NCBI RefSeq assembly: GCF_963676685.1
Contig: NC_092350.1
Span: 18,600,001 to 18,664,000 of the forward strand
DNA: 64,000 nucleotides
Origin: Mytilus edulis
Taxonomy: Eukaryota
Direction of reading: 5' to 3'
Each line of letters opens with the position of its first letter. Position 1 is the stretch's first letter. Under the pieces are notes generated by a model. The model was not told where the DNA came from. It saw only the letters and a program-made list of their open reading frames with translations, and searched no databases. Made by a program: the position numbers and the translations under genes. Shown here piece after piece: positions 1 to 12,600 of this stretch.

Positions 1-271
1 TAAATGGGTTTCCCCACTGATTGGCATATGACACTCACAATACGGTTAAAAGTCTTTTGTGTTTCGTGATCAAAAGATTATCTCAGTCAAAAACATTCAT
101 GAAGTTATACCTATTTTTGCTATCAGATGTTACAAATTATTGTTGCAAATTAAACAAAAAAAGTCATATGATAAAATGTACCAGAGACATACAATACATT
201 ATATGTCTCTGAATGTACTAAGTAAAAGCAATAATTAAAATTGGAGAATACGTTAGAGTGATATCTCGATA

Positions 272-545
272 TTTGGCGGGAGTTTAATAGTTACTTCCCT
301 TTCTAAGTAACTCCGCCCACGAACAGGTGCCCTCAAATGTAAATAAACAACGCGCCAAAAAACACAATGACCAAACGATGATTCGACTGTACTATATTGA
401 AATTAACATACTCGAAACTTGGTGAAAAAAAACACACATTAGAAAATACCTGAATTTTACTGATAGCATTACATTATTTTGCAGCTGAGGATATTTGAAT
501 TATTGTATTTCTGTCATTTCCGGCGGTTAAATTTGATTTTGAAAT
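272..545. promoter_or_regulatory. Probable promoter with E2F-like sites, GC box and CHR-like TTTGAA
   Basis: Locally CpG-rich. TTTGGCGGGA at 272-281, CCGCCC at ~313-318, CGCGCCAAAA at 351-360 (TTTTGGCGCG on the minus strand), TTTGAA at 494-499 and 538-543; just upstream of ATG 614. Confidence 0.45.
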
Positions 546-613
546 TGACAAGTCCTAAAATAGCAATGTATTGATGATCGTGATAACTGTGGAATCTTGT
601 TCAAGGAATAATA

Positions 614-642
614 ATGGAAAAGGCATCCCGCGCTATCAGAAG
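614..642 (+). CDS. BAR/Pil1-like gene coding exon 1
   Basis: ataATGG start, MEKASRAIR, donor AG|gtaaac. Phase 2 matches the next exon. Confidence 0.7.
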
Positions 643-3600
643 GTAAACATATTTGAGTTTTCCACAATATTAATCCGAATGGTAGAGTAAACTGAAGCAT
701 AAAAATGATATACTTGAAAGGGGTTGATCAGTTGATCTTCAGTGTCCGCATCTTTTTGTCGTCAGATAAATTAATTTTGTCTCTTTCCTGTAGATAGCAT
801 TTGTTCCAAAGGCACAAGAAGAGTGTATCCATTATGAGCATATATTTATAAAATCTCTTGTAGCTGATTTTCTTATGTTTCATACTGTAAACAGAAAATT
901 GAAGAAAAAGGGGGATGTGGTACTTCAGTGACTCCTTTTGTGGTAGGTGCAGATAACAGAAAATTAAAGAAAAAGGGGGATGTGGTACTTCAGTTACTCC
1001 TTTTGTGGTAGGGGCAGACACTTGTCTCATGTAGGGATGAACAGCTGATACACTTTTCATATATTATGAATACAGATTGTGGCTGATTCAGGTAGGGGTG
1101 AATGAGCATGGCAAGCAGGTACCCCCTTAAATTTTCAAAGCTTGGGTTGTCCTCTGTTAATAAATAAAAATAATTTGGATAATTTTTCCTCAAAAATATT
1201 TTTGCCATGCTCCGCTCTGAAAATTTTAGTTAGCTGCCCGCAACCTAAAATCCTGGATCCGCCTTCAACAGTGATTAAAAACAACATATTTTTTTTACAA
1301 ACGATAAAACTTTAATCTAATGGAGAATTTAACTAGATTTGAAAAATATCTAATGCCTCTTTGACCAGTGTAGTTTTAATCTGTTTAAGAAAATTTCTAC
1401 TAAACAATTCATGCAGTATTAAATTTTTAATTATAATCAACAACCTTAATAACATACATGTGTATTCCGAGACAACTAATCTAATCGTGGCACCCTTGTT
1501 ATTATGAGCATTTATAATGATTTGTAAAACTTGAAATTAAAGTTTACATGTATATTGTTCTTCACAACTACAAATGTATCATTAATTTTCTAGGATTATT
1601 CCTTCCAAAAATAATGAACTTTAATTTTAAACACACACTTAATAAAGCTGAAATTTCACTTATAGGAATATAGTATTTTGGAGGTGAGAACATTTGTTTT
1701 TTATGGCATATTAAATTCAGAATGTTTCCTGTTTGACCAAGTAAAAAAACTGTTTTGAAAAATACTAAATATATGCCTTCATTTGTACCTACCTGAGAAC
1801 TTAACATATTCATTTCAGCATGTTATGTAGAACACTAGTACTATGTACAGGGGTCAAATTTAAGCTTTTTAGTGCACTGGCCAGCCGGACCAGTGGACTT
1901 TAGATCTACTGGTCCGGCTCAAAATTTAATGGTCCTGCAAAAATGACATTCATTTGTTAAACCTCTAAAAGATATGACAGATGTTTAATTTTATTTTCCT
2001 CAGCTGCTTTCCTCTTCTTTATTCCAAAAATAGCACCCGCAATACCCTAAAAATAATTTCTCAGGTTTTTTTTTTGTAAACAAACCGAGATAGAGATGCA
2101 ATCATTTATTTTAACGAAAAATTTCTACTGGTCCGCCAGGCCACCAGCTGACAGAATCTACTGGACCGACACAAATTCTACTGGTCTCAGACCATCGGAC
2201 CAGCGCTAATTTCGAACCCTGACTATGTATTAATTTTCTGTGCCATACATTTGTATCAAATTGTATGGATATAAAACATAAAAGTTCTATTTGTTGTTAC
2301 CCCATCAAAATCATGATTATTTTTTTACCTTGAACATGTTGAAAGTCTAAAATTTACATCAAAATTTCCATGCATATTCATATGTTTAATCTGGGACTAT
2401 ATTATACTAATGGTCTGGAACATAGATTAGATATATCTGATTTATTGCATGTATTATACATTTTCTTTATAAAATTTCAATTCTGGTCCTGCTACAATGT
2501 AATCATGTAAGTCTCTATTTCTTTCTCTGCAATCTGTGATTCTTGTTTTACATGTATATAATGATATTATTCATTTGTGCAGACTTTATTATGCAGGAGT
2601 AAAATTGGCAAATTCTGTTGTTTTTTTTTGTTATTGTTTTATGTCACTTGTGGAATGTTAAAAAAAAAAAAACCATTATTCAGATTTTAATACAAATATA
2701 TATATGTTACTTGTACCTTGAGATTTTCTGTAATGTTTACTACAGGAAATAAGACATTGTAGAATTTAAATGAATTTCTAATTTAAATCAACCCTATAGT
2801 GAAGATTACTTTTTTTTTACACAAGTAGATAATAGATCTCCATTCAAAAGACATATTTCCTGTGAAGATTTTATCACATGCAGTGTTCAGAAACAATTCT
2901 TTTTATATTTTAAAACTTAATGATCACCTAATTAGGGTTTTCCTGCTGATAATGAAACAAAACATTGAATAAAACCCTGTCTGACCATGGAAATATTAAG
3001 CATTAAAATAAAGAGATCTGGTATTATTGTCAGTGAGACAACTATCGACCAAAGTTGAAATGAAGTGGATGTCAGCAATTATAGTCATATGTACATGTAA
3101 AGCCTCTGTTGACTCCCCATACTCAGTTTTAAGTTGTAGAGTCAGGCCAAAATTAAAAATATGTTTGTTTCCCCTCCCCCACCCGGGTCAAAAATAAGCC
3201 CCCGGGCCAAAAAAAATTATTTTCCACAAAAAAATCGAAATTAATTTTTTCCTGAAAATATTTTTTTCCATTTTTGGAAAGTGCTTGAAAGCAGAAGGAT
3301 TGATAATCTAAATAAATACACTCAAATTGAGCACAAACAACTGATAAGTGGCCTGGACTGGACAAGTCAAACCATTCATGTGACCATGCTATGACAATCA
3401 CATCCAGTTAAAAAAAAAAAAAAAAAGAACCTGCCTTCCTGGTCTATTTACAAAGGGTAGACCCGGGGGAGGGGAAACAGACATTCTTTTAAATGTGGCC
3501 TCAGGTTTGAGTAAAAGGTGATTTGTGATACATGTATTTTTCATGAAACAGCAACCCAGAGACACAAGAACAACAACATCAAAGATACATGTTTCTAAAT

Positions 3601-6600
3601 GTGACTACAATGTATGTCAATGTAAACATACTCACTTTAATATCGTTGCTTATTTGTGATCCATTTTACATGTACATTGTACATGTGTGTATGCATTGTG
3701 ATATTGACAATATTAATTTTGGCCACGAGCATCACTGAAGAGACATGTATTGTCGAAATGCGCATCTGGTGCAAGAAAATTGATACTGTTAATTTTATTA
3801 ACAATCTGCATGATCTGACACCCAATTCTTCAGCAGAAATAATCAAAATCCAAAAGAATTATGGAGATCTATATAATGCTTGACTGCACAAAATGTACAA
3901 CTTTGAACACTCCACTGCTGAATATATTGCAGCTTTGCCTACATTACACATGTACATGTAAATGTGCACATATTTATAGCAGTTGTTTTTTCCTAAATTG
4001 CTTGTACATGTATATATATGTAATGTCTGTATATTTTAAAAGAAAAAGATGTAAGGTAACAATATAAATGCATACTGTTTTACACCACAAAATCTAATGA
4101 AAAAACCAGCATGTAAAAAAAGGCTCTGACTTTTACAAGTTATACATTTTGCAATGCCTTAGCCAGCTTAAAATACAGACTTGTACATTTAAGTACTTAT
4201 GTTTGTATAACTTCAATCATTAAATTTTTTGTGAAAGAAAGTTGCTGAACTTTAACTGCTGACCTTTACTTTATCTTGCCAGTTTTTGGAAGGTCAAATT
4301 GATGACCTTTAAAGGTCATATCTTCTGGCTAGGTGGAGACAACCTGCAGCAATGACTTAAAGAGATCAAATGAGATGAAATAAATACATGTACCAGATAC
4401 TAACAATTATATATTAAATCCAATGCTTTAACTACAAAATGCACTACATTGTACCTTACTAAGTACAGATGGATTTATAAATGGTTATTGCATTTACTTA
4501 CAAAACAAAATAATATTTATTTTTTACAGGAGTGGAACAAAGTTAATGTCCAGTCTTGGAGATGGAACTAATTCTGATATGAATGTTATGATCTCAGAAG
4601 TGAAAAATTTAAGAAATTCTATTAAATCACAAATAAATGCAGAAACTTCCGGTAAATATATTTTTGTACTTTATTTTGTGTTTCGTATACTACATACATG
4701 TACATAGATATAAATGTATCTGCGTTTGTGAACAATGGGTCATCTATTTCCTAGAATTGTATACTTAACATGCTGAAGGGTCAACCTTATATAAACAAAA
4801 CTCCTTTAAAGATGTCCCCCCCCCCTATCTTTTTTATGATAGATCACATTGCCATTATGCTAAAAAGGTCAATGTTGAGAACATGAGAAATTTAAAACTC
4901 CAACAATATTTCGATCCTTTTATACTTATTTCATCTAAATGCTTAGAATATACATTGTAGTTAATGAGAATTTTCTTTTTTCTACAGTGCATGTAGATAT
5001 GAAATTTAAGTTAATTTTTAATGAATTTTATCGTTATTTATATACTGTTACAATGTACATTTAATTTGTGCATGTACAAAATGCATTTCCTTTTTGATCA
5101 AAAACTTTAAAAATTCTACTTATTTATTCATTCCTGGTTTTAAAATGCTCAAGTCTGAGAATACCTGATGAAAGTAAATCCAGAAAAGCCTTTCATATGC
5201 ATAAAGTTTATAAAGTTTAGTGACCCATCATTTTAAGACACTTAAATGAATCAGTCCTAGTAGGATTATAAATATTGCTTGAGGACGTACCACCTCTCTA
5301 ATGAGATTATAGGATTTTCTTAAATCTAATCCCAAGATTTACCGTTATATGACCTATAAATTGTAAAAGGAGAACCCTGTTACTATGTGAAATTCTTCAT
5401 CAGATTTTCGGAGAAAATGGGAAATCAAATATTAATCAATGTGTCATTAAGACATTCTGTTACATGTGCCTTGGGGCAAAGTACTCTAAAGAGTGTTAAA
5501 TTTGTTTAAAAGAAATGCTGTTTCTTATTTTCATTATATTTTTTATCTTAGATTCCAAACGTTACAGATTTTTAAACATGATTAAATAATACAAAAAAAA
5601 GCCACTGTTATCATGGTTATGGCCCATATTGACAGAATAGTAAACATTGACCGCCTTGGTAAAAAGATTGCTAATAATGATTTCATCATTGGCTCTTTTG
5701 TTGCAATAGTTTAATATCTGTTACAAAAATTACAATGTATAGCTGAATATAGCATTTTAACAGCTGAATAATTTTAAGATAACATAACAATGTGTTAAGT
5801 GAAGCAAGGAGATGTTTAAAATGTTTTGCGTGTGTACAAAATTTATCATGTTAGTATATAACTAGCAGTATTGACACACCACTAAAAATGTGTCATCTTT
5901 TAAAATATCTACAAAAAACTTTGTTTACATGTAAAATAGCTTTTATTTGTATATTTTACTGAATACGGCCAATAAATAATTGCTTTGAAGTCAATTGTTT
6001 CCCAGAAATCACATAAATTCATTATAAAAGTATGCTGCGTTTTATAAGTTTAAGAAAAAGGTCCTAATTGAAATTCATTGATACAGACAATTCCAACTAC
6101 AGTGTATCTCATGTAAGGTTAGAACAATCTTTTAGGCAAAAAAAATGGAAAATGGATGAGTGTAACACACATCAATATTTTTTTAATCTGTACCTGTTTT
6201 GTTGTTTGTACTATTTCTGATTGTAAAAAAGGAAGGCAGTTTTCAAACTTAGTCAAGATCTGCCTAAATGATAGATGTCACCCAATATGACATCAAGATA
6301 AAATTTCCAAATTAACTTTGTTTTAGCATCACAAGACATGTTAAGATGGTCAGCTAATGAAGAAAACAGAGCAATACAGGTAAGATTGATACAGTTTGTT
6401 TGAATTCAGATATTTTTATGCTAAATTTTGATACAATGTAACAAATGTATATAACTGTCCATATTCAAAAGACTAAATTTGACTGAACATAGTAGATGTG
6501 GCTAAATCTTTCTAAGTTGCATTTTAAAATCACCTCTTTAAACATGTACTTGTTAGCAATTTTGGCTGAGAAATTTGCAAAGATAAATTTCAATAGTTAA

Positions 6601-9600
6601 AGAGGAGGGACAGGCACAACGTTTCACTTTGTTTACTCCCTTGTTTTACCCAATAATTTTCCGTAAAAAAATACATGTCATTTGCATGTACATGTATAAA
6701 GCCAGAACTTGGCAGTAATTTTTCATGAATTCCTCCTTGTTTTCCTGTTTTGTCAGTTATGTTAGACTCTCCATATACATCATAAAATACATTATTCAAA
6801 ATTAAATGGAACACTGGAGTAGCATTAATAATAAGAGAGAGAAAACATTATATAATAATAACAATTTATTAAGAAACTTGGACTTTTGAATTTTCAGGAT
6901 GTTTGTAATCATATATCAGAGTTAAATCTCCAATGGACTGAAGCTCAAAGGGAACTAAATGGTGAGTTTTATTTTATATGTATTAATTCATTCAATTAAT
7001 TCATGAAAATATTTTCTCAACTAATGGATGTTTCAAGTGTGTTGCATTTCTGTCAAAATTACTTCCGTTCATATGTTAAGCCATTGGTTGAAAAAAAGGA
7101 TAATGCTATATTGCACAAAGTATTGGCAAATTAAATTCTTAAAATTGATATTCAGCACTGCTGTTGTTAGGAAATTATAATTAAGTACTTACGAAACAAA
7201 TATCATTTCTAGTTAATTCAGCAAAATGACACTCACAAAGACGCTTGTTGAACCTTTATAGAGTATACTTAGGGATACAGGTGACCCCCTCTATTTGGTA
7301 AATGATGTCACAAAGACGCACACAATTGACAAACTTTACCTGTGAAGACATAACTTGATAGTGGACTTAATATTAGCCTCTACAAGACTTTTTAGTTTTG
7401 ATTCTCCCTTCAACCTCTTTTTTGCATTATAGATTTACATGTGATATATTTTGTACAGATAATTTAAAGGACTACATGAAGATGTTGGAGCTGGTCTTAG
7501 AAGGAGAAAAACATGTCAAAGAAGCAAAAAATAATCTGGTAAAATATTCAAAGTTGTTTAAGTCCACAACATGAATGGTTCTTTGTCATATTTCCTTGTC
7601 AATATATATATGTACATGTCAGCATGTTCCATGAACAGCCATTCTGCTCATTATGATATAATTTAGTTAGAGATGTGGATTTTTATCAAATTTAATTAAA
7701 ACAGCACTCCAATAGATATAAGAAGAAGTGGTACATATGAGTGCTAATGATATAACTCTCCATCCAAGTCAAGATTTGTAAAAGTAAACCATTATAGGTT
7801 GTCTTTTTCTCAAAAACTGATTGTGCTATATCAATGATTTTTAATTGTTACAATTCTAATACATTTAAATGCAGTTCAAATTAATTTATGCATACATGGA
7901 GTTGTAATTTAATGTGTAGCTCAAACTCCATTTAAAACTCAGTCAAAATAAGTAGCTTGTCATTCTTTATTGACTTTCAGATTATTATTTTTGTTGCATT
8001 TTAAAGTGTATTTTAAAAATATATACAAGATGCAAGATCTATGTATGTTTTTGCATTATTGCACATTACTTAAGAAATTCATTTGTAACAATAAGAGTAC
8101 AATTACTATTTTTTACCTGTCAAAAAATGGGTCATTTAATCATAAGACTTTTTTATAGCCTTATTGATAAACAATAAAACAAAAAGTCTATTTAATAACT
8201 AATTTAAATGCTTATTCAATTATACTAATGATTGGCATTTGGCCTATAATGAAACGGGAATTTTCATTATTTAGACACTTTATAAATAAAGATATAGTAA
8301 TTGTTTAACACTTTCAAAAGTAATGATTATATATAATTAGTAATTTACAAAATTAGAATTATTATATCTGGAACGATAAATCCCCTTGTTTTATCAATAT
8401 GGAAGAATTCAAAGTATTTTAGAAATGTCAATATTTTGAATGTAAACTGAATTTTGATCTCGTTTTTATAAAGTGAAGTGAAAATTCTAAATCAAGAACT
8501 TAAAAAATTCCAATAAAACATTTGAGGGATGTCAAAATTGTACACAAGTTCATTTAGGAAAGTCATATGAAATATATATATATATATATATATTAAATGA
8601 CTGAATAAATAGTCAACGATAAATCTTACGGGGCGATGGATCATATAATTATGATTCAGTACACTTGTTATATATATATATATATATACATGTTATACTG
8701 ATTATTAGAATCTGGAAAATTATAATTATGAATTCTGTAAAATTGATAAGAAATGTAAGATGAAAACTAACCCAAATTAGGAGGGTCAGCCATGTATGCA
8801 TGGTTTAAAGCTGTGAAAAGGGGGGGGGGGGGGGTGGGGGTTAGTTCATTTTGAAATATCAGTGGAAGTAAAATTAACCTTAGCTATGCACCATGGCTAA
8901 CCCTATTTAGCTTTCATTAGACATTACTTATCAGTTTTCAAGAAGTGTGAGCCAGGATCCACAGCAACAGTTTATAAGCCCCATCTTTGATAGAAAGGGC
9001 ATTAGGTTTTCTGATAAGTACATTTGTTCCTCATCAAGTAGAAGATTTTGGTAAAGGTAGCTTAAAATTGAGCACATTTCTGTATTAGGATGTAAGTTTA
9101 TAAATTTTAGATCAAATTGCGGTATTAACCATGATTTCAAAGTTCAGTGAACATGGAAATGTGCGGGCAAAAGTATTATTTTTAATAACCTTATGTTCTA
9201 TGTGATGTATATCCTCTCAGAGCAGTGTTCACCCATATATTTTTGGTTTGTTTTTGTTGCTAGTTCTTTGATTAACAGAGTATTTTGTAGTCTTTTATCT
9301 CTTTGTATTTCTTTCTTTTGAGTCTTTTGCAATGGCCTTGCATAATTCAAATAATACCAAAAACATAGCTTCACCTTTGTTGAAATCATTGTATTGAACC
9401 ATAAACCTATCTTTTTTTTAAGGATAATTGTGAAAATAAAGAAAAAGATTACCAGAAAAAGTTGAAGAAAACATGTAAGGTAAAGTATGAATTTGATTTA
9501 ATATGACCCTTAAAAATGGGGCTTTTATGGTACATCATGAGAATCTCTCATCATGTGAAGTTCCCCCTATTTCAAATTGATTAAAAAATATTTACTAGTC

Positions 9601-12600
9601 AGGATTTTCTGTCAAGAAGAACTAAATGTCAGAACTTTTACAATTTTGATGTAAGAGAGATTTAATTCAGGAGTATATTTGTTTATCAGGTTTGATACAA
9701 ATTCGAATAGTAGTTTTAACACAATGAAATACTTTCTGAATAACAGGTCTTCATACACATTAAAGGACATTTTATTTCATGTTAGATGATGATCTCCAGT
9801 TGTATTATCTTATATGTTTTAATCAGTCTTAAAAGAAACTTTATGAGAGGCCTACCAAATTTGTGCAATTTATTATATAAAAAGACTTCTGATATATGCT
9901 GTGGAGGCCTAAAAAGGGGAAGTTAAAAACTGTTTGTTGTTGGATTTCATGGAGCATGTATTGAATTGGACAGTTAAATGTTTTCAAAGGGCAAATTTTG
10001 TAGTAATGATTAAATGTTTTACATATTAAGCTAAAAGCTGTGCAATTTTCTTAAATATTTTTATGGATTATGTCAGGAAAAAGTAATATATATTATACTT
10101 AAAATTTTAGTATTAGATCTGGAAAGATAACTAATTAAATTCTTTTTTGAAGAAAAAAATGACAAATAAGGCCCACACTGTGTCACACAAGTTGCTACAT
10201 AACAAAATAGAACTATTTTTTTTACATTCTTTTATACAACTGAATAATCTGAGTTATCTCCCCTCTTACAATGCAACTTTAATAGATAGAAATCAGCCAC
10301 AAAATTCTCTTCTTTAAAGAAAAAGGGTATTATGAGATTGATGAATCTAGACATTCAAACATGTTAAATATCATCTGATAAAAAAATGTGAGTTCAATTA
10401 TGATATATTTTGTAGAAGGGTTCTGTGGAGGAGAGAATGTCCTTTGAATCAAAAGTTACACAGGCACAGAAATCAAGAGATGTGGCTTTGTTAGAAGGTT
10501 AGTTTATGTTAATTATCCATATTGTATTTTTAAAAAGGCTATTTATATATAAATGTGAATTTATGGTTTAAAAACATTGTAAATAATAGTCATTTAAATT
10601 TTATATTGTTTTTCCCTTTTCTGTTCTTCAGTCAACTTGAATCATCACATCATCAAAATTTGTAACATTTACGTGTCCATTATGGCCAAAATTGATCTGT
10701 TAATATAAAGTCATTTTAACATCTAGTACAACAAAATCTGAGACAATCTGGTTTGAAATATATATAAAAATATTGACATACATGTAGGTTTAAAAATCAA
10801 TTTATTCATAAACAATACATGATACAGTTACAAAAAATGAGGGGTTTGAATGCATTTTACTCCAGATGTGTTTTAACTCTGTGTCCTTTCTTTTCAGTTT
10901 GTGAAAAAGTGAGAGAAAATGAAGCAGTTAAAATGATACGTCTGAAGGAAGGTTTGACAAAAATTTCTGAAGCCTATATGATGATGGGAAAAAAATGTTC
11001 AATACTGTTTGAGGCTGAAAGGGTAAGAGAACCTAGAATTAATATCCCCTATATATACATTTGAAAAAATATGTGCTTCTTTATGATTTTTTCTCCTTTT
11101 TTTTTAAATGAATAGCAATTTTTTTATGCCCTACCTACGATAGCAGTGGGGCATTATGTTTTCTGGTCTGTGTGTGCGTCCGTTCGTCCTGTTTCAGGTT
11201 AAAGTTTTTGGTCAAGCTAGTTTTTGATGAAGTTAAAGTCCAATTAGCTTCAAACTTAGTACACATGTTCCCTATGATATGAACTTTTTGATGCCAAATT
11301 AGTTTTTTGACCTCAATTTCACGGTCCACTGAACATAGAAAATGATAGTGCAAGTGGGGCATCCATATACTGTGGACACATTCTTGTTCAATTAAATTTC
11401 CTAACAATCTTTTATTGATAGTTTTGAAAAGTTATGAACTTGGTTAAATATCAACATCTTGTTATCTGATTAGGAAATTAGTTGTTTCTGAGACTACTTC
11501 TCTTAGTTAACAATGATATATAATACTCTCCGAACAACAGATTTTTGTTTGGATCTGTACTAGGGGGAAATGTTTTACACACTTCTTTACACTTTTTATA
11601 ACCACTAAAATATTTTTAGTATTTGGACATTCAAATTTCATTTTCATGACGATGTTATCTAAATAAATACATGTGGAATAATGTATCCCATTAAATTGGC
11701 AACACTCAATATTGCAGAGTTTACATAGTATGTACAATTATACCTATTTCAGGATGTTGCTAACCTGATACCTGATGTACATGGACAGAATCTGGAAGAA
11801 ATTAAATATACAGGTTTGTAAATATTTAAAACATGTGTATACTATAGTGTTCTTGATATTTATGTAGATTCAAGGTCTTTAGAGTTTTTCTGCAAAGTTG
11901 GCTTTCTTGCCATCGTCTCTAAGATTGAGCTCAATGGTTGACATAAAATTTATCACACAAAGAATATTAACCATCAATAGACATAAGTTTTTAAGAATCT
12001 ATTATCTTTGTTTAAAATCTTATTTACATCAACATTAGCTGAACCTTTTATTTAGAAATTTAGAGATTTGCTAAACCATTCAGGTGTTATAAGATATATA
12101 AAACATTTAAATCTGTTGAGTTTAACAATATTTTATTTAAGAATTGAATGCTTCTTTTTGTAACTTCATTGGGGTGTAAAAGCGTTGACTGAAGTACATT
12201 TTGTATGAAGCGCGGAAGCACTTCATTCTAAAAATGTGTGCACGGTCAACGCTTTTACAACCCTATTAAGTTACAAAAAGAAGCTTCAATACTTACAATT
12301 ACATTTTTTAGCTTTGATCATGAAAACACAAATTTTATATTTTTTTATTTAATTCACCTGTGCACTTTATTGTGGGACCATGTGTTATCATGAATGACAA
12401 GTTTTATTGAGAAATGCAATTGCTTAATTGCTTAAGGAATAACACATGATGTGCAGTTAGCCAATCAGAATAAAATACTATAATGAAACATACATCTAAT
12501 GTAATTATTATGAATTATACAAGTAAATTTTATATACACATTCACAAATAGAATTCAGAAACAAGCTACAAGTGCTTCTTGCACTGTTCTTTTTCTAAGT

